DNA from: Lingula anatina
Taxonomy: Eukaryota; Animalia; Brachiopoda
Length of the DNA: 64,000 bases
Reading direction: 5' to 3'
Assembly: GCA_051362555.1 (NCBI GenBank)
Contig: CM120640.1
Span: forward strand, 57,948,788-58,012,787
Below are positions 13,401-24,740 of this stretch, one piece after another. The notes beneath the pieces were generated by a model that was given only the letters and a program-made list of their open reading frames with translations, did not search any database and had not been told where the DNA came from. Each line of letters begins with the position of its first letter. Within the stretch, counting starts at the first letter, position 1. A program made the position numbers and the translations under genes.

Positions 13401-16371
13401 AATAAGTTGTGTTTCTATTTCAGTGAAGGGTTTTTATTAGCATAATCTTTTGCAAATCAAATAAATCCATTAAATACAAGCCAATCCTTCTAATGAAAAA
13501 AGACACATAATAAACAAAGCTATTTTATCACTTCATGTCAACACTTTCAACAAGTCTGTTATCAAATGAAAGTTTTTAACCAAATCACCTGTAACTGGAG
13601 TTTAACTTAAATCACTTCATTTCAAGGGTAATACAACTCCTGATCCATATCTTAGGTAACTAATATTTACAGGAACAAGGTTCTTGTGTTGATACTTCCT
13701 TTTCTGAATAGGTTATCCATCAGCCAAAAACTCCCCAAATTATTACCAAATGTTATCTTAATACATCATCAAAGAGCAATTTGGAGAGAAGTATGGTCCT
13801 AAATGGAGACTCTGCCAGACAGAATAATGACAGCTTCGCACTGATAAGCAATGATATATGCATAAAAGTGGAAACAGCCAATTGTTCTGCAGCTGCAATG
13901 GGTTGAAAGGCAGACTGACTGACAAGTTTCCATGAAGTTGCAACAGAGTTTAATGAAAATCAATAGTCACCAAATGTGTGTCATCTTTCTGGATCAATAC
14001 TACAGGATTCAATACTAAAGAGAAGTCAATTACAATTGAGTGGGGGCCCCAAAACCAACCAAGCTGCAGCAGCTGGTTTGGGTTAATCAGACAGAATTGT
14101 AATAAGAGACCAAAACTCATTTTATTTCCCAGGGCTTTCAATGATTGATCACCCCACTGATCGTATAGCCTTTGTTGATCAGCAGGAAAATCAATATCTA
14201 GCAATGTGCATTTGTTACAGATGACAGGTGGAAAGATGATCAGTAGCATTAGTCAGACTTGTTAGAAAGATGTGCGCTGTGTGCGAGCCCGTATGCAATA
14301 TAGATATATTGATTAAATTTGGGTTTACCTACGTGATCACTCTTTGTTCAATAAACCCCATCTGAAAGTCGATCATCAGCTGCAGTTAAGTTGTATGATT
14401 GTTAACCAGAACAAGAATCAATACCTATTAAATAAGATTTGATGTGCTAACAGATGGGAAGACAATCAAATCTATGTATTTCCTCATTCTAATCCTTTTT
14501 CCAACTCACGAAGTATCAATGTAAGTGTATTGATTATAAAGCAATTCAATTTGCCTGAGTTTTCTATTCAATATATGTTTGTGCTGATTTTCCCACATTG
14601 CATGGTGTGTGCTTCCAAGCCCGCCTTTCCCTCCAGGCAGTATCTACCATTATCATCATAGCTATGGGAACCAATCCATTTCTACCTCAATAAATCAATC
14701 AACATGCTGGGTTGGAGCCAGGTTGGCAATTTCCATGATGAAAGGCATTGATTTTCTTTGTGATCCCAATAGTTTCGACAGTGAATGGTATCTAATTGCA
14801 CTTGCACCATATCTTCAGGGATTTGAAATTTGTAGAGGATCAAATTCAATAGTGGCTATATTGGCACCAATCAATAGGCTTATCAGAGTCCGTGTTCCCC
14901 TTCCCCTGGTTACTTCCTCTGTGTGTTTGTGCATTTAGGACCTGTTCAAACTCATCAATCAATACAATGCTATTACCAGCTGTATCATCCTCTCCTAGGC
15001 CTGAATCAAGAACCTACCTCTAGCACTAAAAGTAATGGGGATCAATACATTTAACCAATAAAAACCATCACAAAATTCAGTTGCTTTATCTTCATTTAGT
15101 CCTCTGGTTCATTGCTTTCATGCTCGATGGTAATTTCAAAGACAAAATAATCAATATAGCATTATCACTGAAACACAATATTGACTAACATTGTAATGTG
15201 CAGTCCATTATCAAATTGCTCACTGCTAAAACTTCAAGAGTAGAGAATAACAAGCATTAATGTTGTTTTTGTTTCCTACCTTTATTTTTGTTTTAATGAA
15301 AAGATGCAGGTCTACATGTCATGGAAACTGTTTTTTTTTTTTTTTTAATTTTTTTCATTTCAAAATATCAGTGACAACTCATCTTTATTTTAGTAAATAT
15401 ATATCACAACATCTAGGGGTAGTTTAGGGTAAAAATGTTATCTAAGTCATTTTTTTAAATTCTTCACTTTACCAATGAAACAACTTGATTCAACTTGATA
15501 TTTTATTTAACATTTTCAGAAAACTCAAGAAATTTACACAAAATCAACATAATTTAAACATGTACTAATGTAAGTCATATTTGAATAAAATGCAGTACAT
15601 CATTGCAGTAATAAAGTATAATGATATTCAGAAAGTGACAATGTACACTTAAATAAAAAAATCCTGCTTAAAATACATTGTTACCAAAAGCCATACCCTC
15701 TATACCCTCTCGCAAAGAAACTTAGAAGGAAGAAAAACTATGAAAGTTCTATAAACAAATTCCCCACGTTAAATCGTAAACAAGACGTTCGCTTGATACC
15801 AGTCAGTAAGGGCCCATTAGTCTAGGCTAAGATACACCGCCGTTAAGTAATATCTTGGAACCGGTATTCCAGCCACATCATCAATATGTGACAATCATTC
15901 GGTCTACACACTGTAACAAATGACTGCTGTGAAGGGTCGGCTCGAATTTCGCTGCTACGTTGTCCATTCATTCTCAAACTTCGCCGCTGTTCGAATTTGC
16001 CACCAAAAACTTTTCAAACTTGTGCAAACAAAACTTTGCAGAAGTCCTTCAAATGTGATGGAGTTGTTTCAAAGAAAACAATTTACACAATAACTATCTG
16101 CATATTACAGGTTTTCGTTAGTTGGAGTGCCAGCGTAGCACTCGGCCATATTGATTATTCCCTGATACTTTATCAATCTGATCGGAACAGTTTTAAAACA
16201 AAGACAACGAAGCCTTAAAAGTATGATCGACGTAACTTCTACGAAAAAACAAACTCTTGCACTTTTTGTATACATCTCTGATGGTTTAAATTCAATCTTA
16301 CTCACCTGAAGTGTCTGTAAATCAAACTCTTTCCAATACTGACACATCGACTGCACATTTAATGCAGCCAT
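614..16371 (-). CDS. CUX1: Cut-like homeobox 1 / protein CASP, shared N-terminal coiled-coil exons; the gene continues beyond the left edge
   Basis: Coding exons (minus strand): 16306-16371, 8678-8788, 7517-7643, 5669-5806, 5206-5406, 4871-4937, 2251-2299, 1881-2051, 1571-1645, 1319-1425, 614-774. All introns are GT-AG and phase-compatible. The spliced protein reads [101 protein letters not shown]...[25 protein letters not shown]...[27 protein letters not shown], closely matching the CASP/CUX1 N-terminus. CUT repeats and homeodomain are not in the window. Confidence 0.93.
803..1020. mobile_element. Small palindromic MITE in a CUX1/CASP intron
   Basis: Left end TAAGACCCCATTCCCAGAGATTAGATCGATC resembles the reverse complement of the right end, TAAGGCACATTCCCATAGATTTTAGATCGATC. 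The inner arms (...CTGTCAG / CTGACAG...) are also inverted. Flanks are TAA/TTAA-like. Confidence 0.7.
10359..10412. repeat. (AAT)18 microsatellite
   Basis: Read directly from the sequence. Confidence 0.95.
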
Positions 16372-16636
16372 CTTGGTGAACGGGCATCAGAGCTAATCGA
16401 TTGGTCACGTGACAAAATACGATCGAAAATAGCCTCCAAATCTTGTGTTTACCTCCAGCTTTTCCTCTAAACTCGCCTGTTGGTGTGTTGAGAAGCTCTT
16501 AGGACGACCCGAATGCAGTTAAACAGTTGAGGCGTGTAATTATGCATTTGAATGAGAGTTTACCCGTGCATTAATTTGATCAATGCGATATAGTTTAGCG
16601 GGAGTTTCAAGAGTAACACTTGTTGATGAAACCAAT
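16372..16636. promoter_or_regulatory. Bidirectional promoter shared by CUX1/CASP and NUP88
   Basis: Only 265 bp separate the divergent ATGs, and the region retains CpG. It contains the palindromic E-box GTCACGTGAC (16404-16413), an inverted CCAAT (ATTGG 16400-16404) and ATCGAT (16396-16401). Confidence 0.8.
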
Positions 16637-19600
16637 ATGGCGGCCTCCAGTAACATTGAGGACTGGCGAAATTTATTGAAAAAACATCCGTTATTTGAGT
16701 TGATAGCTTCCAAAAATACGGAGTCCAGGAATGACAATGATTCAAAAGACATACTGACAGTGAAGGATGGCGAAATTTTTATATGGAATGCAGAAGACAG
16801 CAACATTCTCACGACGAATTTGAAAAACCTTGCTCTTAACAACGACAGAACATCTGCGTATCAGGTATTTATTACTGATTGGCTAGTTTTAGTCGTTTTC
16901 TCGGTCGCTACAATTTTATTTGTTATTATTTGTTATAATATTGATTTTTAATGGGAAAATGATATCAGTGGCGGCTTTAGTAGACTTGTCCAACCTGAGT
17001 TTAGAATATGACGTGAGAAGGTAAATTACCTTTATTAATGTTAACTGTCTCACCAGAATATAATGTTATCGGTTTGAAAGAAATTGTTGATTTACCGCAT
17101 GCAACATTCTCTGGCAGTTTTTGCCATTAGCATGATGTTTTCACAGAGGCTGGTAGTGTACTGTCGACTCAAGCCTTAGTTTTCCAGAATTTCTATTTAA
17201 AGTATCTCTTGTCAAGTAGTCTTACCTTAGCTTTATCATAGCAGCAGCAGCTGTATCTTACCTGATATTTATTAATGACAGACGCATCCTTCTATATTAG
17301 GTTATGTATGGGAAGTTCTACCGTGCATAGGGATTTTCATAGGCAAGACTTTTAGAATGTAATACCTTATCTGAAGAAAGAAGAAAATGTTAAGGTTGAT
17401 GTATAAGATTTGTAAAGGTATCTGCCAAATATTTATTGTGGTAATTTCATAAGCTGATGCTCTTTCACAAGTGCAATTGATATAATACATTTCAGGCATT
17501 GCTTTGCACCAATCCACCCGTTTTTGATGTACAAAGGATTGAATTCAGCTTGACTGGCCACCACTTGGCTTTGATAGGAGAAAGAGGAGTAACAGTAGTG
17601 CAAATGCCAAGGAGATGGGGAAAGCATGCAGATTTTGAAGGGGGGAAGGAGAAAGTCAATTCACGGTAAGCATGTTAAAATAAGGTTGTATAAGAATTTC
17701 ATATCATGGCAGTATGATATCCTGGTTAAATAATTGTTTATTACTTTTAAAATCCATTATTCAAACTTGATTTCACTTTTAGGACTGTCAACATTGGTGA
17801 ACGATTTTTTGCAAGCAGTGGAAATATCAAGCTATTACAGGCAGCCTGGCACCCAGGAAGTGAAACAGACACACATCTTGTACTTTTAACATCTGATGAT
17901 TGCCTTAGGTACTTTTCTCTTTAGTTCTTTGAAAGACTAGATGTGGTTCAAAAAGAATGAGAACAGATTTTGAGCAGAACTTAACTCCTCCAGTGGGATT
18001 TCCCAAGGAGATACTTTATGTAAACAGAATTAATCAAATATTAGATATCTTTTTACTTGTGATACTGTGTTATTAGTCAGAAATCCTACATCATTGTTTA
18101 AATATCTCAGTTGACTACAAAATTGAAAGTTTTTTTGTAGTTAATGATTTTAATGTTATCTAAAGTATTTTTCATTGTGCATTTTTCTTACAGGATATTC
18201 AATATTGCAGAACCTTATGAGGCAGAACAAACTTTTGCATTATCTGATTACTATGATCATTCACTTGCGGGTGGCAAAGCATCAATAATGGCAGCACTTG
18301 GAGAGTTGGCTGTGGCTTTTGATTTTGGACCAGCTGTTGAACTGAAGTCTAAAGGAACAAAAGAACAGAAAGAAATAGCTTGGCCTGTTTATCTCCTTCG
18401 TGGAAATGGAGAAGTGTATGCTGTTTTAACTAGTGCAGGTTCAAAAAGGTATTATGGTGATACATGAACAGTTGTTTTATTGTCTGTGTTTAAGTACTTT
18501 GCAGCCTCAAACAACTTATTGTTTCACATATGAGTAGAATAAATCAGTAGCACAAAGGCTTTCAAAATTTTGCATCTAGACTACTTAAGCAGTTTACTGT
18601 TTTGGTGTTGTTTTAGGTTGAAATCTAAGGTAGTGGGTCCTTTGACCATGCATCCTCCTGCTGAGGACAACTATGGTACAGATGCCTGCTCTCTCTTGTG
18701 CATCCACTCCACTCCACCAGTACTAGTTATAGCTACAAGTGATGGTAATTTGTACCACTGTGTGGTTCTCAATAAGGGCGAGGATGATGATTCTTTAGTA
18801 AGTTCATTTACAGACATATTGTGGGCAATTTTATTAAACTAGTGTGACACCAATTATTAGCAGAATTGTGAATCAAGTTTTTTTTATATCTGTTAAAATG
18901 TGAATAAAACATGGAAAGGCTCACTTTTTTTCTGGTGTAGGCAGTTTTGAGAGAAACTAATAGACATTGCTCAATTAACCTTGCTGAAACATACTAATGC
19001 CTGCAATGAGAGATAATCAGATCACATGTCATCTAATACAATAAAACAATTTATTATTGATATTTGTAGTCTGAGGTATCTTGGACTGGGACTGAAGCCA
19101 GCACACAATATGATACACTGTCAGAAACATCACTGTATGTGTATGAGAGAGTGGAACTGGAGCTGTCACTAACTACTGTTGCTGTGGAAACTGATGAGCT
19201 GATTGAAGATGATTTTACTTGCCCAATAAGGCTGCACACAGGTGAGTTGTTGAAAAAATCCTTGTGGTGGCAAAGGTTTGGGAAAAAAACATCAAAGATC
19301 ACATTTAAAAAACAGTATAGTAAATTGAGTACCTTTATTCCTGACCATTTTTAATGTATTGCTTTGATGTGAATGTCTGTGTATTTCATGTGCTTTTGAG
19401 ATGAAAAGTTTTGATATGAATTTCAGATCCAAGTACAAAAGACAGATATCATTGTTTGCACAGTGCAGGGGTACATGCAGTGGTGTTACCTTGGTTAAAC
19501 AGACTAGAAGATTTTACAGAAAGTAAGTATCAGTCAGTCAAACTATTGAAATGTATCATCTTGCAAAGGGGATAAATTTAGGCATTTCATAGGGGAATTT

Positions 19601-22600
19601 GATTAACTTTGAATTAAATTTCCATTAACATTAGTTTTATTGTTCTCTAAAACCAACATGGTTTTATTCTTACATGATCCAAAGTTGCAATGAGAGTTTC
19701 TTCGAGTTACATCTAAAAACTTAGAAATAAACTATTATTGTAACTTTTAGTGCTTGACGTAACTGATGAAATTCTTTGCTGGATTGCATGTGATTCAGTC
19801 TTCAATTGCTGTATTAAACGTGTTCATCATATAAAATTGCAACTTATAATATAAAGGTACTTGCAGTTTATTTATTAATCTATTTTCCCATCATTTTTCA
19901 TACAGGTAGTTCAGAATCTTTACTTGAAGTTGGTCAGCAAGAAGCAGTAGTTGAACACATCATCTGCACAAAACCTTTGCCCTCAAGGTAATTACATATT
20001 ATTTGACAATGTTTATCATTTTAAATAGTATATAGAAAATCAGTTCTTGATGAGATATTTTAAAAGTTGTTTCCAGTGCATGTGCTATATCTAGGTTAAT
20101 GCTGTCATTGTTAAATTTGACTAAGTGATAAAATTAACTTATGCTAAAGGAAACCAGTTAAAGACTTGAAAAAAGTTATGTACAATTCATTATGAGTTTA
20201 AAATTTTATGTTATGCTCTTCATTCTTGGTTTTACTTAACTTATTGAACCGAACTGTGTGATTTACTACTGATATTTATTTTTGAATAACATGCTAGATT
20301 TTAGACTCCCCAAGTGTATTTTTTTTTTTTTTTCGATAAATTTCAAGAATACATGTTTCAGTCCTGCCTGTCCAGTCATGGGGTTAGATATAGTGGACAA
20401 CCATTTATTGGGAACAACACTGATAATACTTACAGCAGCAATGGAGTGCTTAACTGTACCTTTGGTGTAGGTTTCTTTATGTGTATTTTCTGGTATCTTA
20501 AACAGTTTAACATAAGATTTTAAATATAAAGTGTTCATTTACATGTAATGCAGACACTGATTCTTTCTGGTGACAGACTACTGGAAACAGTTCATTTCCC
20601 TAAACCCTTATTTTTTACATGACGGCATCTCAGGAAGATGGTAGATATATTGGTTTACAAAAGTAACTTTACTCTTTTTTTTATTTTTTATTTCAGTACC
20701 AGCTACAGAAGTTCACCACCACCTTTATTGTCTTCATTAGCCAGTGAAAAAATTCCATCCCCTTTAAGAAGATTGCAGAGAGAGCCATTTGATCAGTACA
20801 TTAGAAAGATATTACGCAGGGAATCATCAAATCCCTTGCTCAGGTAAAGAGTCAAATTGTAATTTAAATAGGGCACTGGAATGTTTATGAGTTAATGGCC
20901 TGGGTATATATATATAGAGAGAGAGGGAGACATTAGTTGTGTACTATGAATGATTAGTCAGCAGCAGGATTCTACATGTCATCACCATGCCATAAGTGTT
21001 GCACTCTTCCTTGGAACAATTTCACCACCTTTATGGGCTTCAAAGACTGGTTGTTGTCCTTGGTTCAGAAGCAGTTGAGACATTTTGGTTTTGTGGCTCA
21101 TGCAATGTACTACTGACAGTATTTTTTTAACTGAACACATACTAACCTGAGATATTTTGTTTAATTTCAGAAGTGCTGGTAGAACAGATCTGACACAACA
21201 ACAGTGTTTCCAACTACTGAGCAGGGCGACACAGGTGTTCAGAGAGGAATACATTCAAAAGCAGGACTTAGCCAGAGAGGAAATTGAGAAACGGTACTGT
21301 GTTCAAAATGTCATTATATATTTATTTGACACATCATTAAAGGGATAATAACTCTTCATATGAGTTCTATATTTCACAATAAAAACATTGTGAACAACTC
21401 ATAAAAGTATAATATTTTCTGTTGTACCACAAAATCGGCAGTTACAGCTATTATTCTGATATTAGAGCTTGTCTTTAGACCACGTGACCTCCATTGATGG
21501 CTATGCTCTGTTATAATCTCTTAAGAGATTTTAACAAAAAACCAAACTTTTTAGAAAAAAACCAGGGACTAACTTTGAATGTAAAAATGGATTCATTAAA
21601 CATTGGTAAGTATGGGAAAATTGTTGTGTACTCCAGGAAAATTCATTTTTTGGCCAAAACGAAGAGTTATTATACCTTTAAACTGTATATTTTACTTTCT
21701 TGAAATTTTAAACTTTACATAAACTTACCAATTTTAGACATTTATGTGTATCACATGCAGTTTTGATAATCCGTCCCATTATTTAATGTTATCTTTTTCT
21801 TAACCTAAATAATCACATATTTTGATAACAAATATGTCCCATCATAATATGTTTTTTTTTTAATTTTCCGTTTGTTTAAAAAATTGATAACCATGCAGAC
21901 ATTAAGAATATTTATTTATAATGTAGCAAAAGAACAAAGTGCAAGATTTCATGTCAATATTAACAAAAAAAAAAAATCAAACAGCGTGCCTCTGTGAACA
22001 AATATAACTACTTATATTTGCTTTTTATTTATCCTTTTAGAGCACATGTACTTAAAGATCAGAAACAGCATCAGCAGAAGGACCTAGATCACTGCAGAAT
22101 GTTACAAACTCAGCTGACAGAGAATGCCAGAGAATCTGCTGAAAGATACGAAGATTGTGTGGAAAAACAAAGTGAAATACTCTCTAGGTACAGAAAGAAA
22201 AAAATTGTTGACATCAGTTAAAAAGCTCGATTTTCAATTTTTATGTGAGATGTATCAAAAACATGATAGGATCCAGTGCATGCTAGCTTTTTCATTTTCA
22301 AGCCTCTGTACGTGCAGGTTGGACTCTTGACATTTATAAGCAAGTTTGATTTAAGTTAACTGTGCCAATCGCTAACACTCATTCACTCATTTGGATTTCA
22401 TGATTCCATAGAATTGCATGTGATGTAGTTATAAAACATCTACCATGTGAGATTGTTGTGGCCAACTTCAGTGAATTTAAGGAATTTGAAATGGCAAAAC
22501 AAATTCAGGTTGACTCTGAAACTTGGGCAAGTTGGGAATTGATCCACAGAATTATAGTGTTATATTTCTTAAAAAGATGTCAGGTTGAAGATGAAGCAGA

Positions 22601-23531
22601 GAGAAGTGTAATAAGTAATTTTAATGATTTAAGTTTTCAACTGAGACTTTTGCAGATACAAAATATCATAAACTCAAACCTTGTTCAGTAGAAGACTGTC
22701 ATGTGTATTTATGTATATTAACACAATTTTAAAACTGCAATTATATAAAAGTTTTGTTAATTTCAGAATACAAAATATTTTACGAAAATTAGAGGAAAGA
22801 TCTCCAGTTTTGTCCGATGCTGAGAAAAATATGCAGAAGGAACTTAAAGCCATGTCAGAAAAAATTACTTATTTTAAGAAATCTTTAGATTTGGTGAGTA
22901 TATTTTTAGTTTTAAACTATATGATTGGCACACATTTGCTGGTTTGGGGGTTGAAACATGAACATTCTCTTTTTAATATGGAGATTGCTTTATTATGAGA
23001 ATTTCTCAATTACAAAACTTTTTATTTATATTTGAAATGGGTTTACTTTTCTATATTGAAGGTTAAGGTTAAAATGAATTATCAAAAGCAGCAGAAGTCA
23101 CGACAGACAAGAACTGCCAGACCAATGATTAGTGGCTCACAAACAAAGCAATTGAAAAGCGTTCTTAAAGATCAGTATGTATTTTTCCAACTTATCAATT
23201 AGACAACTTTTTTTTTTCCTATGAGAAAAGGTTTTACTTAAAGATTGTAAATGCAATTCAAAAGTTTGCACTGCAAATTGTTTACTGGAGATGTTATAGA
23301 ACATTTTAAAATCATGTGTATGATTTATTATTATTTTGTAACTATATGATAAACACTTTCTTATATTTTCATATTTGTGTTTTAAGTAATTAGTACATGT
23401 TATTAAGATAAGAAAAGATTATATTTGTTTCTTATTTATTCAACAATCCTATTTTGGTACATTTCAGAGGTGACCAGATAACACAGCTTGTCAAAGAAGT
23501 TGGAGAGCTAAAAACCAAACTTGATATTTAA
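16637..23531 (+). CDS. NUP88: Nuclear pore complex protein Nup88, complete, 15 coding exons, about 711 aa
   Basis: Exons 16637-16864, 17496-17665, 17783-17908, 18194-18448, 18617-18797, 19070-19241, 19427-19522, 19906-19987, 20362-20466, 20697-20843, 21171-21293, 22041-22187, 22767-22893, 23062-23174, 23468-23531 (TAA). Total 2136 nt in frame. Nup88-typical motifs: [83 protein letters not shown], plus a C-terminal coiled coil. Confidence 0.93.
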
Positions 23532-24145
23532 AAAAACAATTTAGAAATATTTCTTTGCTGAAATGGCAGCAAATGTAAACTTAATTTCCAAGGAAATGAT
23601 TGAAAGCCAAAAGAATATATAAGTTTGCCATAGATGTTGCCACTGGCTTTTAACTGACACGTGCGAGACAAAGAGAGTTATATGCCAAAAGTTTAATGTA
23701 CAAACTCACTGTTGCATCAGTGCTCATTTGCACAACTGTTTATAAACTAACCTAGCCTTTACAGTATGTACAATTTGTTTCCTCTGATATGGGTTTTTGA
23801 AAAGTATGGTCCATATTCTCTATAGAAAAAATGTGAATGCTACAACATATGGTTTGGGGAAACAAGTCTGAAGAGTTATGGTTCCCAAGACTGCCCCACT
23901 CCAAGGGAGTTTTGTGCTCATATGATGATGTAAGTTCTTCATCAAGTAAGATATGAAATCAAATGCATAAAAATATCCCAAAAAATCATTGTTGATACCT
24001 ATATGATACCTTTAAAAGTAACTTAATGGTTGAGGTTATTACTATCAGTTGAATATGGAGCCTAGTGAAGTTGATATATCGTTTTTCAGCAAATGTATAT
24101 GTCAAAAATGTAAACATTGATGAGAAATTTGCAATGTATTTTCAT

Positions 24146-24151
24146 AATAAA
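24146..24151 (+). terminator. Probable polyadenylation signal of NUP88
   Basis: AATAAA about 600 nt after the NUP88 stop, followed by GT/T-rich sequence and lying before the septin promoter. Confidence 0.5.
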
Positions 24152-24629
24152 AGTTTTAAATTACATATGTGCATTGTATGTGGTTTAATTTAGGCTTTAT
24201 TTCTGAAATTGTAAGAAAGTGACCAAGCTGATTCTCTACAAATATGTTACCTATTTTCGTGTTAAAAACTAAAAAAAAAAAAAAACGAGAAAGTGCATTA
24301 AACACTACGTCCCTTTCAAGAAACATACAAAAATTAGCTCATAGATAATTTAACAAATGGTTTTGGTAAGTAAAGAAAAATATTTTAGTTTCAAGAAAAT
24401 TATGATTTTTGTTTTATATGTTTGTGTGTGTTTAACTCACATTGTATGCCTTAATAATTTTGAAGCACTGATGTTGTAATCAAAGATGCAATTGTAATTC
24501 CTTTTGTATTTTGATTTCTGATGAAAGAAAGTTTCAAAAGAAAATTAATAAAAGTTAAAATCTTATTAGATAAATATCTTTGGGTTCAATTTTTAGATAT
24601 GAATATTAATTTAGTATTCAGAAGATCAT

Positions 24630-24740
24630 AAATGTAGCCTGGCCAGTGGCCGATGCTAAAAGCGGAACAACGGGTTGACAGTATAGTCGGTACCTAGCTT
24701 TCTCCCTTTTAACACTTTCAATTTCAAGATGGCGGCAGGT
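24630..24740 (+). promoter_or_regulatory. Promoter and 5' end of the SEPT2-like gene with a YY1/TISU-type motif at the start codon
   Basis: Local CpG/GC increase, and CAAGATGGCGGC at 24725-24736 spanning the ATG. Confidence 0.6.

Noticed and set aside
12695-14938. Intronic ORFs of 99-115 aa (12695, 13950, 14609) as possible nested genes
   Set aside because: No recognisable domain or consistent splice structure, and lengths are compatible with chance.
15760-16300. CpG-rich stretch as a possible ncRNA gene
   Set aside because: No tRNA, snRNA or snoRNA hallmarks recognised. It is better explained as unmethylated promoter-proximal DNA.
16540-16842. 100-aa minus-strand ORF, and the upstream extension of ORF 16583
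   Set aside because: The first is an antisense shadow of NUP88 exon 1. ATG 16637 has the better context and is the likelier start.
21460-22010. Possible degenerate DNA-transposon fragments (also about 6170-6600, 8280-8640, 43640-44180, 51300-51800)
   Set aside because: The composition looks repeat-like, but I could not define termini or TSDs by eye. A repeat-library search is needed.
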